Below are positions 1 through 9,340 of a stretch of DNA of 64,000 nt, piece after piece. The DNA comes from Bradymonadia bacterium. GTDB taxonomy: Bacteria > Myxococcota_A > Bradymonadia > UBA7976 > UBA1532. The position numbers were made by a program, and so were the translations under genes. The stretch spans positions 1 through 64,000 of the forward strand of contig JBKAGE010000070.1 of the NCBI GenBank assembly GCA_046290225.1, given 5' to 3'. Within the stretch, counting starts at the first letter, position 1; each line of letters begins with the position of its first letter. The notes under the pieces were generated by a model, which saw only the letters and a list, made by a program, of their open reading frames with translations, was not told the DNA's origin and did no database searches.

Positions 1-101
1 CACCAGTTGAGTTCGAAGAGGCTTACTACAACCGTCAAGCTGCCCAATCCCGGGCCGCCTGACTCATACAAAACCGTCTCCGACGAACCCGGGGCAGTTC
101 A
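1..101 (+). mobile_element. Right end of an IS3-family insertion sequence (IS51/IS6110-like group), cut off by the window edge
   Basis: Frame 3 (3-62) reads PVEFEEAYYNRQAAQSRAA*, the typical C-terminus of IS3 OrfB. It is followed by GTCTCCGACGAACCCGGGGCAGTTCA ending at 101, whose reverse complement TGAACTGCCCCGGG... has the IS3 5'-TG terminal inverted repeat pattern. Confidence 0.9.
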
Positions 102-213
102 CTGTCACCCGCCCCGGCTTCGTCGCGTGCTTGAACTGCACGTGTGAGCCTCTCGTCGCCATCTCGTACCACCCGTCCGCCTTCAGCTTCCTGATGACCT
201 ATCTCGACGACAC
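102..213 (-). pseudogene. hicA: HicA-family toxin pseudogene with an in-frame stop, truncated by the IS3 insertion
   Basis: Minus frame from GTG 213 reads VSSR*VIRKLKADGWYEMATRGSHVQFKHATKPGRVT, then the IS end. The GW...GSH.QFKH..KPGRVT signature is HicA-like. TAG at 201-199 replaces the expected Glu codon. An AAGGGG RBS lies upstream. Not in the ORF track. Confidence 0.88.
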
Positions 214-255
214 TGCTCACACCCCTTGCTCAACAAGACGCCCCACAACACACAT

Positions 256-261
256 ATTATA
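256..261 (-). promoter_or_regulatory. Perfect -10 box (TATAAT) upstream of hicA, within a TGTGTATAATATGTGT segment that may be the HicB operator
   Basis: Forward attata at 256-261 is TATAAT on the minus strand, about 40 nt before the hicA start. No good -35 was seen. Confidence 0.5.
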
Positions 262-425
262 CACATCCATCAATTCTAGAGACCACCCAACCGGCCGCTA
301 AGCCGCATTCCTTCCCCCATCAACCCCTCGAGACATGCCCAGCAGCGCTCCCATGCATGGTATGGACGGTTGGTTGGTGATGATGTGGAGAGTCAGGGTG
401 GTGGGGGCAGGGCGTGGGGCTGCGT

Positions 426-851
426 CTACGGCACGTACACCAAGTGGATGACGAAGCGATAGGTGCTCCCGCGCTCGTACACTCGAATGTTCAACACCAT
501 GTCGCTACACCCGGACTCCTTTGTCCAGAGGTCCACAAACACCTCCCAGTAGCTCCCCATCCACTGCGACACTGAGGTACCCCAGGTGTCCTCAGGTAGA
601 TCAACGAGAGTCTCACCATATGCAGCGATGTACGATTCGATATGATCTGCTGTGTACTCGTCGATGACATCAACACATGGAACCCTACGGCGAAGGCTGT
701 AATCCCCTGATACGAACGCCCTCACGATTGCTTCGAAGACAGGCCGCCAACCCGAAGCTACTGGTTGTTCCTGGTCCTCATCCTTAACGACTGGGACATC
801 AGGCTTGTGGTTGTGGTGCTTCGTCACGATGGCTACTCTCCCCGGCCGCAT
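426..851 (-). CDS. Hypothetical protein (small acidic, immunity-protein-like; true start may be about 10 codons downstream)
   Basis: 141-aa ORF with a protein-like C-terminus, YGETLVDLPEDTW..S...W....W.V.VDLWT.ESG.SD.VL. Confidence 0.7.
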   Translation of the reverse strand: MRPGRVAIVTKHHNHKPDVPVVKDEDQEQPVASGWRPVFEAIVRAFVSGDYSLRRRVPCVDVIDEYTADHIESYIAAYGETLVDLPEDTWGTSVSQWMGSYWEVFVDLWTKESGCSDMVLNIRVYERGSTYRFVIHLVYVP

Positions 852-1169
852 ACCTACCCATCACGAGGCCAGTGCGGCCACCTTCTCTTCGAAGGGTCTG
901 GGGGCGCAAGACGATGGGGATGGGGCTCTGGTAAACTTGGTGCGATTCAATACGCATACCTTCATCGGTGCTTGGAAGAGATGCTGCATACAAGAGGTGG
1001 GCCCTGGGATTACACCCGAACTCGATGTCTTCAATCATGCCGCCCTCCCGTCCAAGCCACTCCTCTGACCCGGAGCTGTTGATGTTCTATGGCCTACTCT
1101 GCCATTTGGTCAGCATCCGGCTGGCCCATATATACCAAAACCGGCCACCCCTCGTGGATATGAGAGTCG

Positions 1170-1514
1170 TTACAGAATCGTCTGAACTGGGGCTTTTGCC
1201 CTCACCGCAACGAAGGCACTTTCATCACCATCTTCAATCTCGAAGTCCACTTCGATGCGACCCTCGTTGACCAAACGAACTTCGCCTTCTCCCTGCACCT
1301 GCTCGCACTCCCAGGCTCCATTCCAGTTAAACGACAGTCCATCTTTCCATGTGGCTGTCACCTGCACCTGAGCCACGAGGTAGTGCATTCGTAGTTGGTC
1401 TTCGGCTCCGGTAAAGGAGATCAGCGCTGGACCCAAAAGATCGAGGTCGTCGTCCACCCAGGCACTGGTCTCGACGATCCGCCACCAGCCTCGTAAGCCA
1501 TCGGGGATGTTCAC
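1170..1514 (-). CDS. Hypothetical small beta-rich protein
   Basis: 114 aa, with G.WRIVE...W..DDLDLLGPA.ISF and F.W.G..E...V.G.G...L...G.I motifs that I recognise from mobile-region hypotheticals. Overlaps the upstream stop (coupled). Confidence 0.75.
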   Translation of the reverse strand: MNIPDGLRGWWRIVETSAWVDDDLDLLGPALISFTGAEDQLRMHYLVAQVQVTATWKDGLSFNWNGAWECEQVQGEGEVRLVNEGRIEVDFEIEDGDESAFVAVRAKAPVQTIL

Positions 1515-1999
1515 TTTACACGCTCCAGCACCTTTTTACCCTTCAACCGCTGTACCCATCGCACCGCTGCGTCACCTCGGGATCGGGTTGTAAGTCGAAC
1601 GGTCCCGTCGGGGCGAAGGACAATGTCAGTCTTCATGCAGCGGCCTCGAATGTAGTCCGCCGTGTACTGGAGTTCGCCGCCCACATAGCGCAGCCCCTGG
1701 AGGAAGTCTGCCACCGTAAGCTGATCTACCTGGACAAAGGATGTGTCTGAAATGCCACGAGAGCGGCTATCGGCAAACGACAGTGTGGCCAAGCAGAACA
1801 TGAACCCCAATCCGCCCTGCTCATGATCCTCTGACCGCCAAGTCTCTTCGCCATCCTCTTCCACTTCACCAAGGGCCAGATCGATCTGCACCCAGACTCC
1901 ACTTTGAGTCTCTTCGACTTTGGTCTCAACAACATCAAAGCTCACCAGGGCACCTGCCTCGATGAGGACATGTCCGGCCAGCAACTCGCTCTCCTTCAA
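1511..1999 (-). CDS. Hypothetical protein
   Basis: 162 aa, with a GGAGG RBS before the TTG start and a 4-nt overlap with the next ORF. Confidence 0.72.
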   Translation of the reverse strand: MKESELLAGHVLIEAGALVSFDVVETKVEETQSGVWVQIDLALGEVEEDGEETWRSEDHEQGGLGFMFCLATLSFADSRSRGISDTSFVQVDQLTVADFLQGLRYVGGELQYTADYIRGRCMKTDIVLRPDGTVRLTTRSRGDAAVRWVQRLKGKKVLERVK

Positions 2000-2464
2000 C
2001 GCAACGCCTCCGTCAGTCGGTTGGACAGCATCGTGTCAAGGAAGTATGTCAGGTTGTAGTGGAGATCAAGCTGTCAAGGACGACAGTCTGTAGGTTCATG
2101 ACTTGGGGAGCTGGCTTTGGCGGGGGTATCCGTCAGGCGTTTCGTGATCTGGTAGGACGAAGTGATACGCTTTGTGACGGAGCTGCGTTGTGGTCGGCGG
2201 CGTACCTACCACATGACTGTCAGGATGAGACGCTTGGAACGTGATCTTGGGCGGCCACCCTACCCCATCGCCCAGCTCTCGGCCTGAACAGGCCCGCACG
2301 ACCGCACAACCATCACTCCCCTGATGGCACCCTGTACTGGAACGATAGGGCAAGCAGGTCTTCGTTTGCCGGAACCCAAGACCAGACACAGGTTGTTCAT
2401 CGCGCAGTACATTCAGGCTGAGCTGAGAGACTGAGCTGAAGCCTCGTCGCACCGTGCGCCCGAT

Positions 2465-3208
2465 TCAGCGATAGCGCTCCTGGTAAAAATAGACCCGCCC
2501 TCTCAATTCCGGAAATGCTCTGAGGATGCCCTGCTTCACATCTGCAGAATCAACTCTGGCGCCATAGGGATACTCTTCGCAGAAGAGCACGGCGATCTCC
2601 TCAGGCGAGATGCCTTGCCCTTCGCCGAGTTGATTGTATGTGTTGAATTCGGTGCCAGTGAACACACGATGAAGCCAGAAGGTTCTTTCGCCTCGGTACT
2701 CGCACTTGCTCTCCCGAGCCTGTAGAAATCCCGAGCAGAGCAGCTTCACCATAGAGGCCAGCACACCCACATCTCCAGGCTTCACAGGATCATCACCCAT
2801 GTATCCAATCAACTCTGCCCATTGACTCGCTGAGAGCTCCAACGTCGGAAGCGTACGGCCGACAGGGCGAACGCCAAGGGCCGCTGCATACCCTTCTCTA
2901 CGCTCCGGACTCAGGCGAAATACACGACACATAGAATCGAGCACCACTCGATTCATCCACGACGCGTCGAGTTGACGCATACTCAGCTCGATACAGCCCT
3001 CTTCGTAAGAGATGTGCAGAGTGTCTGAACTACGCTCGAACGACCAGCTCGCATCTGTTGCCGTCAACACGAACTCTGGCAGGTGTTTCGTCAGGTTCCG
3101 TATGAAATATCGTGCTCGCTTCAGCTCGACGTCGCCGACGATGGCAGTCCCTTGCAGGTATGTGGATGAGGGGTCCGAGCTTGAGCCGGCGGCATCATGC
3201 TGATTCAT
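2465..3208 (-). CDS. Hypothetical protein
   Basis: 247-aa ORF with an ATG start and balanced composition. No recognised motif. Confidence 0.65.
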   Translation of the reverse strand: MNQHDAAGSSSDPSSTYLQGTAIVGDVELKRARYFIRNLTKHLPEFVLTATDASWSFERSSDTLHISYEEGCIELSMRQLDASWMNRVVLDSMCRVFRLSPERREGYAAALGVRPVGRTLPTLELSASQWAELIGYMGDDPVKPGDVGVLASMVKLLCSGFLQARESKCEYRGERTFWLHRVFTGTEFNTYNQLGEGQGISPEEIAVLFCEEYPYGARVDSADVKQGILRAFPELRGRVYFYQERYR

Positions 3209-3340
3209 GGAGTTCTCTTCTGATTCGAGAGCGAGTGTTGAGCACTCACGTGCATTCTACTGCCCTTCGGGCCACCTTGGCCCCCTGCAAGCCTTCCGAG
3301 GAGAAAGGCAGGAAGAGCCAGCAGCTGTTTGGAAAGAGAA

Positions 3341-3482
3341 TGGTGGCGGACCCTGGACTCGAACCAGGATATCTTTTGCGTGTCAGATCACGTGGGCGGC
3401 GACCCTCGGGCCGCGCCCCATCTGGCACGAGATGAACATGTGGATGTAACACATGGCGTTTTCCAATTTTCGCCAGTCCGCC
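3341..3482 (-). ncRNA. 142-nt tRNA-like RNA (class II, Leu-like frame) with a 69-nt variable arm and a non-canonical anticodon loop
   Basis: Acceptor GGCGGAC/GUCCGCC plus ACCA. U8-G9. D arm GCG-AAAAUUGGAAAA-CGC. Anticodon arm AUGUG-UUACAUC-CACAU. T arm CCUGG-UUCGAGU-CCAGG. The 69-nt insert (3437-3369) folds as a long interrupted hairpin. Confidence 0.9.
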
Positions 3483-3492
3483 ATTGCCCAGC

Positions 3493-3520
3493 ATCCTAGC
3501 GCCGGGATTTCTCTCGTCAA
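3493..3520 (-). promoter_or_regulatory. sigma70-type promoter of the tRNA-like gene
   Basis: TTGACG (3520-3515), N16, TAGGAT (3498-3493), then a GC-rich discriminator. The -10 box lies 10 nt before the mature 5' G, as in stable-RNA promoters. Confidence 0.75.
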
Positions 3521-4003
3521 AACTGAAAGCAATCCAGCTACTGCCGGCTACGCATTACGCAGCGCTTGCTCAACGGCTCAGGCGGTCGTGGATCCAAAGA
3601 GAAAGGGCCAGATGGTCGAAACAAAGGGGAAGCGTTTCGTCCATCTGGCCCTGTACGTGCGCTCTCGAACCTGACGAGCACCTGCCCGCCGCCCCCACGC
3701 CCCACCCAATGACGCTCCAAGATGCACTCGGTGATGCTCGAAGACGTTCTGGGCTCGTCGTGCTCTTCTACGAACGCGTTGTCAGCAATGCCCACCAGCC
3801 TGCCTGACATCTCCAAACATCGGCACTGTCCCAGATTGAATCACCAGGTGGGCGTGCAGTGACCCAACTTAAAGAAGCCAACCTCAAATGGGTCGAACCA
3901 AATGAGGTGCCCTCAAGTGAGCCAGACCTGAACAGGTCAGGTCGGTCCGTGAGCAGCCCCTTCAAAGGGTGAGCGCACCGTGATCCAACAGGTGAGCCTG
4001 TCG

Positions 4004-7000
4004 CTACTGATTGGCCACCTGGCCTGAAGGCCCCTCAGCCCCTTCACCCCCGAGGCCCACCAGCGTGTTGCTGGAGTTCCCGCCGTCACCGCCAGGGCCG
4101 CCCGTGGATATGTCGCCTGCGAGTCCGAAGTCGTTCTGGGCTGCATAGTCCGGAGCCAGACCATTCCCGTTGGCCACGAAGACATCGAAGCTCGCACCGC
4201 CCTGGCCACCACCGCCGCCGCCGCCGTGGCCTCCTCGACCCCCGGTGCCGCCAGGGGCACCAGCGAAAGAGCAGAATGGCATGAACAACACCGGGCCTGC
4301 AGGCCCACCATCACCACCCGCGCCACCCTCGCCACCGCCACCGCCATTGCCGCCGCTGCCGCCCTGGCCACCGAGGCCGCGGTTGAGCAGGTTGTCGGTG
4401 ATCAGGGGGAAGCCCGCGACGTTCCCCGGCCCTGCGCCCGAGAACGCTACGAAGATCGCGAAGGAGCCACCGCCGCCGCCGCCGCCCAGGCCAGCGATGC
4501 CCTGACAGCCACCACTGCCGCCGCCGCCACCCGTAGCCCCGAAGTCGTAGACCTGCTGGGGCAACAACCAGAGCACCTCCACCCCACCTGCTGCGCCACC
4601 GCCACCACCGCCACCGCCCGGCTGGCCGTCAACGCCGCCGTTGCCAGTCACGCCAACCCAGTGACCGTTTTGAGTCAGCCCGAAGCCTTCGGCTGCGCCG
4701 TTGCCGCCGCCGCCATCGACACCCGATCCACCATCGAGCCCCGGGAACGGATCAGGCGTGCCAAACTCACTGACTGTGCAGGTGTTGTCGTCGAGAGACA
4801 CCATGTTCCAGCCGCCAAGGCCCCCAGCGGAGCCCTGAGCGCTCAGACCTGCCAGCCCCGAGCCTGCCTGAACGTCGAAGGCTGGGCAGACGCTCACACC
4901 TCCACCACCACCGTTCACTGGCGTCTGCCCACATGTGCGAGAGCCACCCAGGCCCCCGGGGCTGAAGAGGTTGCCACCCGTGGCCACGCACTGCTCGATG
5001 TCAGGGGTGGCCTCGTTGCCGTCGCTGCCGTCTACGCCAGGGAGGCCAGCATCCCCACTGTCACCGGCGACGCCGCGACCACCATCACCCGCGAAGATGC
5101 GGTTGTTGCTGATCTGCAGTGCGCTGTCGCTGTCGAGCACGTAGATGCCGTAGCTGTTCCCGGACTCGAGGGGGGACTCACCGTTGATGACGAAGCCATC
5201 GAGTACAGTGTCGATGCCGGTGATGCCCACGGCGCGCACAGCAGCTTTGTGGGCGCCGGGCTCGGTGTCTCGACCGTTGATGAAGGTCACGTTGAGCTCG
5301 GCGTCACGGATCCAGGTGGTGCGCTGGTGGCCACCGAGCACACTCACACCGGTCTGCATGATCACAGTCTCTCGATAGACCCCGTCGCTCACTCGCACGC
5401 GGCTGCGGTTCGACGCCACAGCTTGCTCGATGCCGAGGTTGATGCGGGCGCAGGGGCGCAGCACTGCACCACAGTCTGCAGCCTCGACCCCACCGTTCTC
5501 TGGTGTAGCCACGTAGATGGCGTCGTCGTCGATCTCGAGCTCACAGCCGTTGGAGGCGCGGCCGTCTGCGTCGAGGAAGCCGTTGATGCAGTCGAAGGCA
5601 CACTGGGCGGCGCCGCCTGAGGCGTCGCAACGAGGCACCACGCCGAAGGTCTCGGGGTTGGGGCTCCACTGAGCCACGCAGTCGGTGCCACAGGCGCCGC
5701 AGTGGCTCAACGTGACATAGCGACCCTGGTCATCAGTGTAGTCCTCGTCGGTCTGGCCATCGCAGTCGTCGTCCTGGAAGTCGCACAGCTCGTCATCGGC
5801 GCCGGAGACGATCTCAGCGTCGCAGATCAGCGCACCTGCGGGGTTGTCGGGGTTGCACACCTGCACCCCCGACCGACGACACAGACCCTGGCCCACCTCA
5901 CAGGCGGTGTTCAGACCTGGGTAATCTTCATCGGCAGTGCCGTCGCAGTCATCGTCCAACCCATTGCATGTCTCGGCTCCGCCCTGTCCAGCCTCTGCGC
6001 TGCAGACGGTGGCGCTGCCATCAGGCAGGCAACGCTGGACGCCGCCGCGCTGACACACGCCGAGGCCGGCGCTGCATGGCGTGTTGAGATCAGGGAAGGT
6101 CTCGTCGAAAACGCCGTCACAGTCATCATCCAAACCGTTGCACAGCTCTTCGATGGGGGCACCGGCCAAGGCATCACAGATGACCGCGTCACCTGCAGGG
6201 CTGCAAATGCGCACGCCACGGCTCAAGCACTGACCCACGCCGACGCTGCAGGTGGTGTTCAGTCCGACGAAGCCCTCGTCGGTGTTGCCATCACAGTCAT
6301 CGTCCAACCCATTGCACAGCTCCTCGACAGGCTGACCCGCTACAGCGTTGCAGGCTACGCCGTCGCCTCCAGCGTTGCACCCGAGCACACCGTTGCGTGA
6401 GCACGCGCCCACGCCTTCATTGCAAACCTGGCCCAGGGTGGGGAACGCTTCGTCAGTGGTGCCATCACAGTCGTCGTCCAACCCATTGCACACCTCGCCT
6501 GCAGGCAAGCCAGGCTCGGCGCTGCACACCACCCCGTCACCGTCGGGGCCACACAACGTAACGCCTGTGGCTCGACACTGGCCCACGCCAGCAGCGCACG
6601 CCGTGTTCAGGCCAGGGAAGGTCTCGTCGGCCTCGCCGTCGCAGTCATCGTCCAACCCATTGCAGGCCTCATCGGCCGGCTCGCCGGCTTCAGCACTGCA
6701 CACCACCCCATCGCCATCTTCGTTGCAGGCCTGGAAGCCCTGACGCAAACACACACCGACACCTGCAGTGCATGGCTCAAGCAAGCCCTCGAAGGTCTCG
6801 TCAGTGCCCCCATCGCAGTCGTCGTCCAATCCATTGCACAGTTCGTCCGCAGGCTGACCCGCCACAGCATCACAGATGACCGCGTCACCTGCAGGGCTGC
6901 AAATGCGCACGCCACGGCTCAAGCACTGACCCACGCCGACGCTGCAGGTAGTGTTCAGCCCGACGAAGCCCTCATCGGTGTTGCCGTCACAGTCATCGTC

Positions 7001-9145
7001 CAAACCATTACAATTCTCTGCCTGAGGTGCTCCGGGCTCCACGTTGCACTCAGTGGCGTCGCCGGCCTCAGTACAGACTCGGAAGCCTGTGCGCTGGCAG
7101 AGACCCTGGCCCACCTGGCACACCTGCAGTTTGTCGGGGAAGGCTTCGTCGGTGCTGCCGTCACAGTCATCGTCCAGACCATCGCAGCGATCGACGTCGC
7201 CAGGGGCCCCAGGCTCAGCGTCGCAGGTCACGCCATCCCCCTCGGCGTTGCAGATCTGTACGCTGGTGCGCAGGCAAGTGCCCACGCCGACGCTGCACAC
7301 CTCACTCAGGCCGTCGTAGCCTTCGTCTGGGGTGCCGTCACAGTCATCGTCAGCGCCGTTGCACACCTCGTCGGCGGGCTCGCCGGCCACGGCGTTGCAC
7401 GCCACGTCGTCGCCCTCGGCGTTGCAGGTGAGGACCCCGTTTCTCAAGCACGAGCCCACCCCAGCCTCACACACCTGGCCGAGAGTGGGGAATGTCTCGT
7501 CGGTGATGCCGTCACAGTCGTCGTCCAACCCATTACACACCTCCTCCACGGGCTGACCTGCAACGGCGCTGCACACCACGCCGTCGCCTGCGGGGCCACA
7601 GAGGGTGACGCCTGAGACGCGGCACTGACCCACACCGATGGCGCAGGCGGCGTTCAATCCAGGGAAGTTCTCGTCTGCAGTGCCATCACAGTCGTCGTCC
7701 AGCCCGTTACACAGCTCGTCAGAGGCCTCGCCAGCCACAGCGCTGCACGCTACGCTGGCACCGTCCTCGCTGCATGCCTGGAACCCCTGCCTCAGACAGG
7801 CGCCGACGCCCGCGGTGCACGGGTCGAGCAAGCCGTCGAAGGTCTCGTCGGCGCTGCCATCGCAGTCATCGTCCAGCCCGTTGCACAGCTCCGCTCCCGG
7901 CTCTGCAGCAACGGCGCTGCACTCCACCGAGGCACCGTCGTCACTGCAGCGGGTGGCGCCTGGACGCTGACACGCACCAACGCCGGCGCTGCAGATCTCG
8001 CCGAGGCCGTCGAAGCCCTCGTCGGTGTTGCCGTCGCAGTCGTCGTCCAAGCCATTGCACAGCTCGTCCGTGGGCATACCCAGCACGGCATCGCAGATGA
8101 CCTCGGCACCATCTTCACTACAGACCTGCACACCCGCTTGCCGACAGGCCCCCTCCCCTACGAGGCAGACCTGACCGAGATCGTCGAAACCCTCGTCGGT
8201 GGCGCCGTCACAGTCATCGTCGAGGAAGTTGCACAGCTCCTCCATGGGCGCAGGAGCGGTGCAGACAGGCTCCTCAGATGCCTGAGTACACACCAGGCGA
8301 CCCGTGCACTCGATATCTCCGTCGTCGGTCTCGACCGTACGGGCGCAGACCTCGCCGATGCCGGGGATGTCGTCGGTGAGGCCATTGCAGTCGTCATCGA
8401 TGAGGTTGCACACCTCTGGCGCGGGTGGCGCTGCGTCACAGGCCGACCAGCCCGATGCGGGATCACACGTCTGACGGCCGTAGCAGACCCCCAAATCGTT
8501 GCCCACCTCGCACAAACGCTGCTCGCCGGCGGTGTCGGGGCCACAGGTGCACGAGCCGGTGGTGGGCACACACTGATTGGGGCGGCCGTCGCCGAAGACA
8601 TCCTCGCAGGCATACCCCTCGGGACAGGCCTCGTCGTCGAGGCAATCGAGGCCGCAGACATTCTGCTCATCGACAGTGAGGCAACGCCCCGTAGGGCAGT
8701 CGCCGTCGTTGAGACAGGCTTTGCAGAGGCGATCTCCAGGGGGAAAGCAGATGAAGACCACATCGGGCTCGGTGTTCTGCACCGCCCGACAGCCCCAATC
8801 ATCGGGGCAGCCCTCATCGAGGCAGGCCTGGGAGCACACGGTGCGATCTTCCCAGGGCACACACCAGCCGCTGGCGCAGTCGAGATTGTCGTTGCAGGGC
8901 TCTTTGAACCGACCCAGGGGGGCAGAATCACCACCGGCTCCCCCAGCGCCGCCGGCGCCGCTGTTGCCACCCACCGACGCGTCGGCAATGGGCGGCAAAC
9001 CACCTCCAGCGCCACCGACGACCCCGCCCCCTGCGCTGGCATCGGCCGCCGAATCACCCGTCGAATCGCTGCTCGCGCAGCCCACGAGCCACAACAGAGC
9101 GCACATCGCCACTGCGTTCTGACGTACCCAGATCAAATCTCTCAC
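4004..9145 (-). CDS. Large Cys/Asp-rich surface lipoprotein with 16 MopE-like putative metal-binding repeats and a C-terminal beta-helix/Gly-rich region
   Basis: Lipobox LVGC. Sixteen C(N/D)xxDDDC(D/N)G units at a period of about 58 aa. PCARINLGI...RVRVSDGVYRE (DUF1565-like), then a PGRS-like tail. Confidence 0.9.
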   Translation of the reverse strand: MRDLIWVRQNAVAMCALLWLVGCASSDSTGDSAADASAGGGVVGGAGGGLPPIADASVGGNSGAGGAGGAGGDSAPLGRFKEPCNDNLDCASGWCVPWEDRTVCSQACLDEGCPDDWGCRAVQNTEPDVVFICFPPGDRLCKACLNDGDCPTGRCLTVDEQNVCGLDCLDDEACPEGYACEDVFGDGRPNQCVPTTGSCTCGPDTAGEQRLCEVGNDLGVCYGRQTCDPASGWSACDAAPPAPEVCNLIDDDCNGLTDDIPGIGEVCARTVETDDGDIECTGRLVCTQASEEPVCTAPAPMEELCNFLDDDCDGATDEGFDDLGQVCLVGEGACRQAGVQVCSEDGAEVICDAVLGMPTDELCNGLDDDCDGNTDEGFDGLGEICSAGVGACQRPGATRCSDDGASVECSAVAAEPGAELCNGLDDDCDGSADETFDGLLDPCTAGVGACLRQGFQACSEDGASVACSAVAGEASDELCNGLDDDCDGTADENFPGLNAACAIGVGQCRVSGVTLCGPAGDGVVCSAVAGQPVEEVCNGLDDDCDGITDETFPTLGQVCEAGVGSCLRNGVLTCNAEGDDVACNAVAGEPADEVCNGADDDCDGTPDEGYDGLSEVCSVGVGTCLRTSVQICNAEGDGVTCDAEPGAPGDVDRCDGLDDDCDGSTDEAFPDKLQVCQVGQGLCQRTGFRVCTEAGDATECNVEPGAPQAENCNGLDDDCDGNTDEGFVGLNTTCSVGVGQCLSRGVRICSPAGDAVICDAVAGQPADELCNGLDDDCDGGTDETFEGLLEPCTAGVGVCLRQGFQACNEDGDGVVCSAEAGEPADEACNGLDDDCDGEADETFPGLNTACAAGVGQCRATGVTLCGPDGDGVVCSAEPGLPAGEVCNGLDDDCDGTTDEAFPTLGQVCNEGVGACSRNGVLGCNAGGDGVACNAVAGQPVEELCNGLDDDCDGNTDEGFVGLNTTCSVGVGQCLSRGVRICSPAGDAVICDALAGAPIEELCNGLDDDCDGVFDETFPDLNTPCSAGLGVCQRGGVQRCLPDGSATVCSAEAGQGGAETCNGLDDDCDGTADEDYPGLNTACEVGQGLCRRSGVQVCNPDNPAGALICDAEIVSGADDELCDFQDDDCDGQTDEDYTDDQGRYVTLSHCGACGTDCVAQWSPNPETFGVVPRCDASGGAAQCAFDCINGFLDADGRASNGCELEIDDDAIYVATPENGGVEAADCGAVLRPCARINLGIEQAVASNRSRVRVSDGVYRETVIMQTGVSVLGGHQRTTWIRDAELNVTFINGRDTEPGAHKAAVRAVGITGIDTVLDGFVINGESPLESGNSYGIYVLDSDSALQISNNRIFAGDGGRGVAGDSGDAGLPGVDGSDGNEATPDIEQCVATGGNLFSPGGLGGSRTCGQTPVNGGGGGVSVCPAFDVQAGSGLAGLSAQGSAGGLGGWNMVSLDDNTCTVSEFGTPDPFPGLDGGSGVDGGGGNGAAEGFGLTQNGHWVGVTGNGGVDGQPGGGGGGGGAAGGVEVLWLLPQQVYDFGATGGGGGSGGCQGIAGLGGGGGGGSFAIFVAFSGAGPGNVAGFPLITDNLLNRGLGGQGGSGGNGGGGGEGGAGGDGGPAGPVLFMPFCSFAGAPGGTGGRGGHGGGGGGGQGGASFDVFVANGNGLAPDYAAQNDFGLAGDISTGGPGGDGGNSSNTLVGLGGEGAEGPSGQVANQ

Positions 9146-9340
9146 GCCTTACCTCCCCAGATCGCTCACCTCCCCAGCGAGCGATGACAGAGTGCCTCAC
9201 GAAGCGCTCATCGTGCGATCAGACCTCGTTTGCTGACCTTATCTGGACTGGGGTGTCTTTCCCAAACGGAACCATTGGAGCCCCCTCACAAAACATCGCG
9301 GATTGCCATATCCTGCAGCTCTTCGATGTGAGGAGAGGCG

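Larger units (their letters stand above)
1..3340. mobile_element. Accessory island remnant downstream of the tRNA-like gene
   Basis: Visibly lower GC than the rest of the window. Contains an IS end, a TA pseudogene and short unknown minus-strand ORFs, and abuts the CCA end of the tRNA-like gene. No integrase or second att copy is in the window. Confidence 0.55.

Noticed and set aside
240..420. Loose inverted similarity (C/A-rich left half, G/T-rich right half)
   Set aside because: Too degenerate to call a MITE or structured RNA.
3341..3482. tRNA-Sec, tmRNA, Y RNA, intron-containing tRNA or a bare att fragment
   Set aside because: No UCA anticodon and a 7/5 fold; no G3.U70 pair or tag ORF; true CCA acceptor end; the insert is in the variable arm and too short for a group I intron; the 5' half is present and pairs perfectly.
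3484..3965. Short ORFs between the tRNA-like gene and the large lipoprotein
   Set aside because: Mutually overlapping, with no clear RBS or motif, so none can be supported.
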